DNA from: an uncultured Gammaproteobacteria bacterium
Lineage (GTDB): Bacteria; Pseudomonadota; Gammaproteobacteria; UBA9214
Assembly (NCBI GenBank): GCA_963827755.1
Contig: CAWHCQ010000004.1
Coordinates: forward strand, 1 to 64,000
DNA: 64,000 nt
Direction: 5' to 3'
Translations under genes and position numbers: made by a program
Shown here: one piece after another, positions 37,983 through 47,662 of the stretch
How positions within the stretch are numbered: position 1 is the stretch's first letter
How the letters are laid out: each line of letters starts with the position of its first letter
Notes under the pieces: generated by a model
Seen by the model: only the letters and a program-made list of their open reading frames with translations
Databases searched by the model: none
What the model was told of the DNA's origin: nothing

Positions 37983-38987
37983 ATGAATGAACTCGTCTCG
38001 ATCATCATCCCCGTTCGAAACGGAGAAGCTACAATCGCACGTTGCCTGGAAGCGGCACTCGCATCGCGCTATGAGCGCTTCGAGGTGATCGTCGTCAATG
38101 ATGGCTCGGACGATCGTTCAGCCGAGATAATAAAGACCTTCCCATGCACCCTCGTTCAGCTGCCCGGGCACTCCGGGACGTCGACTGCACGCAATACCGG
38201 CGCTTGCCACAGTCACGGGGATATCCTGTTTTTCACCGATGCGGACTGCCTGTTGAACGAGGATACCCTCGCGATTGCCGTCGCCACACTGACGGCTGCG
38301 GGCCGGGACGTGGTACTGGGCGGAACCTATACGGCGCAGCCGGCTGACGATCGTTTCTTCAGTGCATTCCAGTCGGTCTTCGTCAATCACGCCGAAAGCC
38401 GTGATCGCGACAACCCCGACTACATTGCGGCACATGCCATGGTGCTGTACGCAGATACATTCGAGAAAAGCGGAGGGTTTGTCGAAGACTTTCTGCCTAT
38501 ACTCGAGGATGTCGACTTCAGTCACCGGTTGCGAAGTAGCGGGTATCGACTCGTTATGAATCCCGGGATTCAGGTCCGGCACCTGTTCGACTATTCCCTT
38601 CTGGGGTCGGCCTGCAATGGTTTCAGAAAATCCAAATACTGGACTATCTATTCCATACATCACAGGGATTTGCTTGCGGACTCCGGCACGGCATCGCGGG
38701 CATTGAAGCTTGATGTGATAGCCCTGTTCGGCAGTGTCCTTGCAGCAGCGCTCGTCCTGGGTACCGGGAATGCGTGGTTCTCCGTTCTTATCGCAGTGCT
38801 GATGGCGCTGAACATCACTGTAAATCGCGAGCTACTGCAGGGGTTCTACCGTGCACGCGGGATGGCTTTTGCGCTCGCGGCTTCGGCCTACTACCTCCTG
38901 GTCTACCCCCTGGTGGTCGGCGCGGGTGGCCTCGCCGGGTTGCTGGGCTACCGCCGGTACGCCGGGTTACTGGAGGCTGCCGGCTGA
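37983..38987 (+). CDS. Family 2 glycosyltransferase with C-terminal TM helices
   Basis: VSIIIP.RN, VVNDGSDD, ARN.G, FTDAD (DxD), GGF, EDVDF..RL. Confidence 0.92.
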   Translation: MNELVSIIIPVRNGEATIARCLEAALASRYERFEVIVVNDGSDDRSAEIIKTFPCTLVQLPGHSGTSTARNTGACHSHGDILFFTDADCLLNEDTLAIAVATLTAAGRDVVLGGTYTAQPADDRFFSAFQSVFVNHAESRDRDNPDYIAAHAMVLYADTFEKSGGFVEDFLPILEDVDFSHRLRSSGYRLVMNPGIQVRHLFDYSLLGSACNGFRKSKYWTIYSIHHRDLLADSGTASRALKLDVIALFGSVLAAALVLGTGNAWFSVLIAVLMALNITVNRELLQGFYRARGMAFALAASAYYLLVYPLVVGAGGLAGLLGYRRYAGLLEAAG

Positions 38988-40075
38988 TGTCCTCGATGGT
39001 GCGGCATGCAGGCTCGATCTTCTGGAAACGGCGGCCCGTTCATCTGACGTTTTTTCTGACCCGCAAGTGTAATGCCCACTGTCCGTTCTGTTTTTACCTG
39101 AAGAGTCCGGATAACCCGCAGACCGGGGCAGCGGAGTTGTCTCTCGATGAGATTGAGCGCATCTCCCGGTCCCTGGGCAGGTTGTTGTGGCTTGCCTTCT
39201 CGGGCGGCGAGGTCTATCTGAGGAAGGACCTGGTCGAGATAAGCAAGCTTTTCTACGATCGAAACAGGCCCGCCGTCATGCTGTACCCGAGCAACGGCAT
39301 GCTGCCCGATCTGATCCGGGATCAAACGGAGCGGATTGCAGCGCACTGCCGCAGCAGTGTCGTCGTCGTCAAGCTCTCGCTCGATGGTATCGGCACTGAC
39401 CATGACACGCTACGCAATACCCCAGGCAATTTTGACAGGACCATGCAGACCTATGCACACCTTCAAGGCCTCCTCGATGTCTATCCTAATTTCGAACTCG
39501 GCTTTAATACCGTGCTCACTGCGCAGAACCAGGACAAGATCGAAGCGCTCATCGATTATGTCGCTGGCCTGGACAGGCGCACAACGCACACCATCTCGAT
39601 GGTGCGCGGGAACCTGCTGGACAACGGATTCAAGCAGGTCGATCCTGAGAATTACCGCCGCGCCGCAGAAATACTGGCAACCCGCCTCCGGGAGCGGACC
39701 TCCGGCATTAACCGGTTCAGGGGAGCGCGTCTCAAGGCGGCGCAGGACGTACTGCAGCGCCGGTTTATTCACCAGACACTGACCGGACAGGACCGGTCAC
39801 TGCCCTGTTACGCGGGGAAGCTCAACCTGGTGCTGACCGAATCGGGCGAGGTGTACCCCTGCGAGATTCTTCCGCAGAGTCTCGGCAACGTGCGGGACCA
39901 TGATTACGACATCATGCAGGTGACCCGCACCGGGAAGGCGCGCGAGGTCCTGCATTCAATATCCGCCGGTAACCCGCACTGCCGGACCTGCACGCACGAA
40001 TGCAACTACATCACGAATATCCTGTTCAACCCCGCGATGTATCCCGCATTGATGAAGGAGTATCTTCGACTATAA
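38987..40075 (+). CDS. Radical SAM protein with SPASM/twitch domain
   Basis: CNAHCPFC, SGGE, SNG, SLDG..HD..R; CYAG...GEVYPC...CRTCTHEC; TGATG overlap with GT2. Confidence 0.9.
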   Translation: MSSMVRHAGSIFWKRRPVHLTFFLTRKCNAHCPFCFYLKSPDNPQTGAAELSLDEIERISRSLGRLLWLAFSGGEVYLRKDLVEISKLFYDRNRPAVMLYPSNGMLPDLIRDQTERIAAHCRSSVVVVKLSLDGIGTDHDTLRNTPGNFDRTMQTYAHLQGLLDVYPNFELGFNTVLTAQNQDKIEALIDYVAGLDRRTTHTISMVRGNLLDNGFKQVDPENYRRAAEILATRLRERTSGINRFRGARLKAAQDVLQRRFIHQTLTGQDRSLPCYAGKLNLVLTESGEVYPCEILPQSLGNVRDHDYDIMQVTRTGKAREVLHSISAGNPHCRTCTHECNYITNILFNPAMYPALMKEYLRL

Positions 40076-40181
40076 CGGTACAGCAGCGACCCGCTTGCCC
40101 GTAAAAGAACGTGCCCGGGCAGGACCGGCACCCGGGCGGGAATGACGGATTTCCGGTCGTTCGGGTTCAGGCAACAGGAAG

Positions 40182-41447
40182 CTAGCCCCGGCTATCCAGC
40201 AATTTGTCACGCACGAGGCCGATATGCAGGCGCAGGCTGTAGAGTTCATCCGTATAGGACAGGGGTACGTTGACCTTGCGCACTTCTTCTTCCAGCTTGT
40301 CGAGTTTTTGCAGCAGTGATTCCAGGGCCTCGGCGGAATGTGTTGCGGGGTTTTCGGTATCCAGTGCCTGCAGTTCACGGTACCAGCGATAGATCTTCTT
40401 GCGTACCTGCCAGCGGTAGGTCGGCGGCGTGATTTTGGCCAGCGGCAGCAACAGCGTCAGCAGCGGCACCAGCATGATCTTGAGACGGTCGATCAGGCTG
40501 GCCGTCCAGAAGGGCAGGTAGCGCTGCAGGAAGGGTGGTCCGTGTTTGTAGAAGCGGCGCGCGTCATCGTTCAGCGGAAATTCCAGGTTCTTGCTGTTGG
40601 GAAAGACGCCGGGCTTCTCGAACAGGCCGCTGGTCTCGTGCACGCGGCTGGCGGCCTGTAACAGCAGGCTGACCAGTGCGGGGTGGAAATCCTTGTCTGC
40701 GACGAGGTTCGCAGTCGCCGCCAGCAGAATGGTGTCGTGCGCGGGAATGTTTGCCTGCAGGTCGATGACGCCCTCGGACAGGGTGACGGCAGAGAGAAAG
40801 TGGTGCATCCGCGTGTAGGCGGTGGCGCGTGCAAAGGACATCAGGCGAATATCCCGCCGCTGCAGCAGCTGCTGCACCAGCGGTGCGGCGGGTGCGGCGA
40901 CCAGGAAGAGGGCGTCGATACGGCCCTGTAACAGGGCCTGCGCGGCGCCGGCGCCGCCGATGGGCTGAATATTGTCATTCCCGGCATCGATGAAATTGTC
41001 CGCCAGCAGCTGGCTGGCGATGGCGTGGGTGCCGCTGCCGCGCTCACCGATGGCGACACGCATGTCCTGCAGTTCGCCCAGCCGGGTCAGCGTTTGCTCG
41101 CCGCGGTAAAAAACCCACAGGGGCTCGTAATACAGGCTGCCCAGGCTGGTGAGGGTGCCGCCATCCGCTTGAGTGCCGGTACCGCCCTGCACGAATGCGA
41201 GGTCAACCTCGCCGCGCTGCAGTAATTCGAGATTCTCGATAGAGCCCGCCGTATTGCGGATTAGCAGCTCGACACCGTTCTGCGCCAGCCATTCCCGGTA
41301 GCGCCGGGCGAACAGGTAGTACGCGCCATCCGTGTGACCGGTAGCGATGGTCAGGGTGCGCGGTGGTGCGGGATTCACGAACTGCCAGGCGATGAAGAAG
41401 CCGATGAGCGTGAGCAGCAAGGTTATGCCTATTGTCAGCAGACGCAT
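40182..41447 (-). CDS. Membrane-anchored TAXI family TRAP solute-binding protein
   Basis: IATG..DGAY, TAGS.ENL, DLAFVQGG, LYYEPLWVF, GSGT, GPPFLQRYLPFW. Confidence 0.88.
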   Translation of the reverse strand: MRLLTIGITLLLTLIGFFIAWQFVNPAPPRTLTIATGHTDGAYYLFARRYREWLAQNGVELLIRNTAGSIENLELLQRGEVDLAFVQGGTGTQADGGTLTSLGSLYYEPLWVFYRGEQTLTRLGELQDMRVAIGERGSGTHAIASQLLADNFIDAGNDNIQPIGGAGAAQALLQGRIDALFLVAAPAAPLVQQLLQRRDIRLMSFARATAYTRMHHFLSAVTLSEGVIDLQANIPAHDTILLAATANLVADKDFHPALVSLLLQAASRVHETSGLFEKPGVFPNSKNLEFPLNDDARRFYKHGPPFLQRYLPFWTASLIDRLKIMLVPLLTLLLPLAKITPPTYRWQVRKKIYRWYRELQALDTENPATHSAEALESLLQKLDKLEEEVRKVNVPLSYTDELYSLRLHIGLVRDKLLDSRG

Positions 41448-41736
41448 GGGGGTTGCCTTTTGTTCAGGTGGTTAATACCGGCCGGCTTATTCTACACGCA
41501 TACAGGGAAACCAGACCCGGTTCTGACAGATTGCCGGGGAGTTGCGTCGTGACAGGCGAGGCAACAGGATCTTGCGTTTCCCGCCGGGCAGCCGGGTTGG
41601 TATTGTGGTGTATATTTTCACTCGACACACGGGTTTGCACGTTTGCCGGGGCGATCGGGCCGCCTTTTTTACAGGAAACGGGGTAAAATAAGCCAGGGTC
41701 TCGTCAAAATAATGATGCAGGACGGGGGGATACATC

Positions 41737-43551
41737 ATGCAGGTACGCTTCTGGGGCACGCGCGGCTCACTGGCAAAGCCGGGGCCGGGGACTGTCCGTT
41801 ACGGCGGCAATACCTCCTGTGTCGAGGTGCGCTCGGCCTCGGGGACGCTGGTCGTCATCGATTGCGGAACCGGGGCCCATGGTCTCGGCGAGGCGCTGAT
41901 GGCGGAGCCGGTTCAGCCCGTGCACGGTCACCTGTTGATCAGCCACACGCACTGGGATCACATCCAGGGAATCCCTTTCTTCGCGCCGCTGTTCGCGCCC
42001 GAGAACGAGTGGGACATCTACGGGCCAAACAGCCTGAGCCAGTCGATCCAGGAGACGCTCTCGGGACAAATGCAGTACACCTACTTCCCGGTGACCCTCG
42101 ATGCGCTCGATGCGAAGATCAGGTATCACGACCTGGTAGAGGGTGAGTTCAGGGTCGGGGACATCACCATCCGCTCCCACTACCTGAATCACCCGGCCCT
42201 GACGCTCGGCTACCGGCTTGAAGCCGACGGTCATTCGGTGGTCTATTCCTGCGATCACGAACCTTATGCCCGCTCGCCGTCGACCGACAGTGGCGGACTC
42301 GGCGACCAGGACCTGCAGCATGCAAATTTTTTACGCGGTGCTGATCTTGTTATTCACGATGCGCAGTACACCGAAGCGGAATATCCCGGCAAGATCGGCT
42401 GGGGTCACAGCACGGCCGAGTATGCGGTCGATATCTGTAATGCCGTTGGCGTAAAGCAACTGGCGTTGACCCACCATGACCCGATGCGGGATGACGACGC
42501 CGTCGACCGGATTGTCGCTGCCATGAGAAGCCGCCAGGGTTCGTCCGGGCAGTCGCTGTACGTATTTGCGGCCTCGGAGGGCGAGACGGTTGACCTGGGC
42601 ACGGGCATCGATTCAGAGGTTACGCACAGCAGAACAGCCTTCTCTGCCGTGACAAAGGTTAAACCGGCGATGTCGGATTTCCTGATAGTGCTGGGTGCCA
42701 CCGACGCGCACACGGCCGGGGTGATCAAGAGTGCCGCGGCCGCCGAGAATGTGCGGCTCATTGCCGCGGCGAGTACCGAAGCCGCGCTGCAAGCCATAGC
42801 CACGGAGCGACCTTCTCTGGTGATTGTGGACGCGCAGGCGGCGGGCGATGATGCGCTTGCAATAGGCCGCAGGCTGAAAGAAGCAGCGACGCCGGGCACT
42901 GCGCAGCCGGATCTCGTGGTTATCGCCGACAGGGACCACCCGGCCCCGGCACTGGCCGGGTTCGATCCCGTCTGGATTAGCAGGCCCTTTTCCCGGGAGT
43001 ATGCACGCACGCGCATACGCGCGTGGATTCTGCGCACGACCTGTCGATGGGTGCGCGCACAGATTCCGCCAGGCGAAGAGGCGCGGCTGGCGGCGCTCGA
43101 TGAACTGCACATACTGGATAGCGAGCCGGAAGAACGTTTCGATCGTATCGTACGAATCGCTGCGGAAGTCTTCGATGTCCCGATCGCCCTGGTCAGTCTT
43201 GTCGACCGCGAGCGCCAGTGGTTCAAATCCTGTTTCGGCCTGGACGTGAAAGAGACCTCGCGTGACATGGCGTTCTGTGCGCATGCAATCCTCAAGGACG
43301 AGGTGATGATTGTCCCTGACGCCCTGCTGGACCCGCGGTTTGCCGACAACCCGCTGGTGACCGGCGAGCCGCATGTTCGCTTCTATGCCGGTTGTCCGCT
43401 GAAACTGCCCGACGGGAACTTTATGGGCACCCTCTGCCTGATCGATACGCGGCCCCGCCAGATCGACGACAGGAAAGTCAGGCTGCTGCAGGACCTCGGG
43501 AAACTTGCCGAGCTGGAGCTTGCGAGAGGGCCCGGCCCGGCCGGGTCATGA
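41737..43551 (+). CDS. MBL-fold hydrolase with receiver-like and GAF domains
   Basis: FWGTRGS, YGGNTSC, DCGTG, SHTHWDH, HDAQY, GWGHS, HHDP; C-terminal E.RL.AL..., DRQWFKS, FCAHAI, RFYAG.PL. Confidence 0.88.
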   Translation: MQVRFWGTRGSLAKPGPGTVRYGGNTSCVEVRSASGTLVVIDCGTGAHGLGEALMAEPVQPVHGHLLISHTHWDHIQGIPFFAPLFAPENEWDIYGPNSLSQSIQETLSGQMQYTYFPVTLDALDAKIRYHDLVEGEFRVGDITIRSHYLNHPALTLGYRLEADGHSVVYSCDHEPYARSPSTDSGGLGDQDLQHANFLRGADLVIHDAQYTEAEYPGKIGWGHSTAEYAVDICNAVGVKQLALTHHDPMRDDDAVDRIVAAMRSRQGSSGQSLYVFAASEGETVDLGTGIDSEVTHSRTAFSAVTKVKPAMSDFLIVLGATDAHTAGVIKSAAAAENVRLIAAASTEAALQAIATERPSLVIVDAQAAGDDALAIGRRLKEAATPGTAQPDLVVIADRDHPAPALAGFDPVWISRPFSREYARTRIRAWILRTTCRWVRAQIPPGEEARLAALDELHILDSEPEERFDRIVRIAAEVFDVPIALVSLVDRERQWFKSCFGLDVKETSRDMAFCAHAILKDEVMIVPDALLDPRFADNPLVTGEPHVRFYAGCPLKLPDGNFMGTLCLIDTRPRQIDDRKVRLLQDLGKLAELELARGPGPAGS

Positions 43552-43596
43552 AGACCCGGGTGAAGAAGGTGGCGATAGCCGGAGGGCTGCAAGCTT

Positions 43597-46318
43597 TTAC
43601 TGCACCAGTGTCAGGCCCGGTTTTGCAGAAGACAGCAATTCATCAATCTCGTCGACAGGCAGCGGCCGGCTGAACAAATAACCCTGCATGACATCACAGC
43701 CATGTTCGGTCAGGAAGATGCGCTGTTCATCCGTCTCGACACCCTCGGCAACAATGGTCAGGTTGAGCGTGTGGCCGAGGGCGAGAATCGCCTCGACTAT
43801 GGCTGCATCGTTGTTGTCTGCCGGAATGTCGCGCACAAAGGAACGGTCGATTTTCAGGGTATTGATCGGCAGACGTTTCAGGTAACTCATCGATGAATAG
43901 CCGGTGCCGAAGTCATCGATGGCCAGCTGCACGCCGAGATTGCGCAGTGCGCGCAGGTTACCGATAGTGGTGGCGGCCTGGCTCATGATGCAGCTCTCGG
44001 TGATCTCCAGTTCGAGATAGCGCGGCTCAAGGCCGGTGGCATCCAGGACTTCACCGACTGCCTGTACCAGTCTGTCAGTGATCTGCTGGCCTGACACATT
44101 CACTGCAACGGGAATCCTGATCCCCGTTGCATCCTGCCATGCCCTGTTTTGCTCACAGGCGGTCCGCATCACCCACTCACCCAACGGCTCGATCAGCCCG
44201 GATTCCTCCGCTACCGGTATGAACATGTTCGGCGGTACCAGTCCATGCTGCGGATGATGCCAGCGCAGCAGCGCCTCCAGTCCCACGATCCGGTCAGTCT
44301 CGAGCGACACCTGTGGCTGGTAGTGCACCTCAAATTCATCTCTTTCCAGGGCCTTGCGCAAATCTGTTTCCAGGGCCAGCCGTTCGTCGGCGGCGACGGT
44401 CATGTCTGCCAGGTAGAACTGGAACTTGTTACCGCCGTCTTTCTTCGCATGGAACATGGCAATGTCAGCATGCTTCATGAGGGTGGTGACATCATTGCCG
44501 TCCTGCGGGTACATGCTGATGCCGATACTGGCACCGAGGAATACTTCCCGGCCGGACACCTCGAACGGCCTGGCAAGGGCATCCAGGATCCGCTGCGCGA
44601 CTTCCGGCACGCTGTCCTGTGTATCCATGTCCTCGAGAATAATTGTAAACTCATCGCCGCCGAGGCGTGCAACGGTGTCATCCTCGCGTGCAGCTCAGCA
44701 GCAGGCGTTTGGCAACCTGCTGCAGCAGGTCGTCGCCGGCCGGGTGGCCCAGCGTGTCATTGATTTTCTTGAACCCGTCCAGGTCCATGAACAGCAACGC
44801 CAGCTGGCGCCGGGCACGGCGTTGATGCTGCAGGGCATGTGCGAGGCGGTCGCCGAACAGCAACCGGTTGGGCAGGTCGGTGAGCGCATCATGATGCGCC
44901 AGGTGGTCGAGTTTTTCCTGCGTGAGATGGCGCTCGGTAATATCGAGAATGATCGCTACAAATACCTGCGCGGTGCCCGGCCCGGCGAGTTGCAGGTTGA
45001 CCTCGACCGGGTAATGGGAGCCATCCTTGCGTCTGTGTACCGCCTCAAACCGCAGGCGCCGGGTGGTGCCGTTCAGCAGGGGTTCGATAATCCCGATAAA
45101 TGACTCCCGGGTATGCTCCGGTTTGATATCCACGGGGGTCAATTGCAGCAGTTCCTCCATGGAGTAGCCGAGATTGTCACGCGCCCCCTGGTTGACGTTG
45201 ACAAATTTCAGTGTCTGCGTATCGAACATGTAGATCTCGTTGAGCGAATGCTCGAGGATCTCCCCAAGGCTGTTGGCCTTGTCCTCGTGATGCTGGTCAA
45301 GCAGTCGCCGGGTCTGCCTGCGCTCGTTGAGGCTTGCGGCAAATAACAGGGTGAAAAGCGTTGTGACCGCCATGAACAGCTGCAACAGCAGCAGCGATTC
45401 ATTCATGTCGGTACGCATGAAGGGCCCGCTGCCGCCGATTGTCCCCCAGACTGCACTTGCCGCGACCACGGTCAGGCAGATAGTGGCACCGTGTTTGCCG
45501 AAACGCATGGCGGCCCAGGCGAGCGGGGTTATAGGCAGGAAAGCCAGCGGGACATGATTGATAGCCAGCCCCGAGTTGCGTCCGAATACCAGTTGCGCGA
45601 TCAGCAGTGTGCACATCAGCAGCGCTGCCGCTTCAAGCGCGCGTATTACGGACCAGTTTTTTTCAGGCAGCTGTTTCCACGCCAGCAGTAGCGGCGCAAT
45701 CATAAGAACGCCTCCGCTATCACCCAGCCACCAGGTAAGCCAGACGGAGTTATAGAGTGATTTTGCGATCAGTCCTGCTTCCAGCAGGGTGACGGTGCCG
45801 ATGGTTGCACTGATTAATGTTGCCAGCATCCCGCCACCAGCGATCAGGATCAGCACCCCGCGCATGGTATCCAGCGGGTTCCGGGTCCTGGCCAGGGATT
45901 GCACCAGCAGTGCCCCTGCGATGGCTGCCAGGGTATTGCCTGTTGCAATACCCAGACATGCGCTGACGGGCATGCTGGCCGTGATATTCACAATAAATGC
46001 GCCGGCCGTAATGGCGGGCCAGAGACGGATGCCGAAGATCAGCAGGGCTGCCAGGGCGAGGCCGCTGGGCGGCCACACGGCGGTGACGCTGCTGTGCACC
46101 ATGGCCAGCTGCAGGCCCAGTCTGGCTGACACCACGTAGAGAACGATAATGCCCAGGCCAACCAGAGTCAGCCGGGTCAGTTGCTGTGCGTCCATTCGAG
46201 TATGCAGCGGGTGTGTGGCCATGGCGTCGATTTCACAAAATGAGCGAATTTGAGGGACAACCTCACATTCCTGTTGCCTGAACCATGAAATCGGCCGCAG
46301 GCTGTTGATCTTGAACAT
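43597..46318 (-). pseudogene. MASE1-PAS-GGDEF-EAL protein with one frameshift near 44685
   Basis: MASE1 (WPPSG, WWLGD), PAS, HDALTDLPNR, DLDGFKKINDTLGH; after the shift the other frame reads EDDTVARLGGDEF into EAL (LEALLRW, IDDFGTGYSS). Confidence 0.85.
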
Positions 46319-46365
46319 GCACCCGGCCCCGGTTTTGAATAGAATGGACTCAACTCCAGACTTTA

Positions 46366-47565
46366 TTGATTATCAGCGTGTTATCTCTTAAGACATCCTC
46401 GCGTCTGTATATTCTGCTGGCCCTTCTCGGGGTCGCGGTCCTGCTTGTAATGACGCGGCCCGACAGGGATCCCGGGCTGCAGCAGGCGGTTGCCCCCAGG
46501 GTCGTCGTCGCGGCGGTCGGCCTGCACGAGCTGTTGCCCGTCGAGTCCGTCAGCGGGCGGCTGGAGCCGGCGCGCAAGACCTCGCTGCGCTTCGAATTGC
46601 CGGGGCAGGTGCAGGCGCGTGCCGTTGATCCCGGCCAAGTGGTGGAGCAGGGCGCCCTGCTACTGTCTCTTGGTGCAGGGGATTACGAGGATGCCGTGAT
46701 CGAGGCCAGGGCGCAGCTTGCGCAGGAGTCGCGCAATATCCAGCGCGACCGTGAACTGCTGGCACTCGCGAAGCGCAATTTCAGCCTGCAGCAAAACGAG
46801 CTCGAACGCCTCGAGAAGCTGGGGGCGGACTCGCTGGTTTCAAAATCGCGTCTCGATGAGGCCCGCATCAGGCTGATCCAGCTTGAAGCGGAGATGGCGG
46901 AGCTTGATGCCAGGGTAAGCTCGGCAAGTTCACGGCTGTCACTGAAGCAGGCGGCCAGCAACCGGGCGGCACGTAATCTTGAGAGAACGCGGCTGCTTGC
47001 ACCGTTTGCAGGTAGCGTCAATGCGGTGGACGTCCAGGTCGGTGACTATGTCACCTCGAACCAGGCGGTGGTGGACCTGATCGATGCAAGCCGGCTCGAA
47101 CTCTATGTTGAAGTGCGCGGCGATGTCGCACAATCACTCTCGCCGGGACAGGCGGTGGATATCGAGGTCAATAACACGACCCTGCCGGGAGAGATCGTGG
47201 CACTGCAGCCTGATCCCGACCCGGTAACCTTCACGCATGCACTGCGCGTGCGCCTTGCCGGCGATACTGCGAGACCAGGGCAGATCGCCCGTGCGCGGCT
47301 GCCGATGCGGCCGCTGCACGCCGTCAAGGCCGTCCCGGCAACGGCGCTGCTCCATGATGAGGGCAGGACGTTTGTTTTCCGCTATAAAGACGGCCTGCTG
47401 GAGAAAACAGAGGTGCAGCCGGGCAGCCGCGTGGGTGACCTGACGGTGGTCCTGCAGGGTATTGAAGCAAGCGACCTGGTGGTCATGCGTGATGTGGCCG
47501 CTCTCAGCGATGGACAGTCAGTCGAGGCCGTCGCCGTGACCGGTGCGGCTGCCCCGGAACAATGA
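46366..47565 (+). CDS. RND efflux membrane fusion protein (start uncertain)
   Basis: N-terminal TM; G.V......PGQ.V..G..L, alpha hairpin, APFAGSV....V.VGDYV. Confidence 0.9.
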   Translation: MIISVLSLKTSSRLYILLALLGVAVLLVMTRPDRDPGLQQAVAPRVVVAAVGLHELLPVESVSGRLEPARKTSLRFELPGQVQARAVDPGQVVEQGALLLSLGAGDYEDAVIEARAQLAQESRNIQRDRELLALAKRNFSLQQNELERLEKLGADSLVSKSRLDEARIRLIQLEAEMAELDARVSSASSRLSLKQAASNRAARNLERTRLLAPFAGSVNAVDVQVGDYVTSNQAVVDLIDASRLELYVEVRGDVAQSLSPGQAVDIEVNNTTLPGEIVALQPDPDPVTFTHALRVRLAGDTARPGQIARARLPMRPLHAVKAVPATALLHDEGRTFVFRYKDGLLEKTEVQPGSRVGDLTVVLQGIEASDLVVMRDVAALSDGQSVEAVAVTGAAAPEQ

Positions 47566-47662
47566 TGCGGCAGCCGGTTCCTTGCCCGGTTTACTCATAC
47601 AGTCTGCCGCGCGTTAACAGCAGGCACTGCACCTTGCGGGTGCGTGGCGTGATGAAGCTGTC

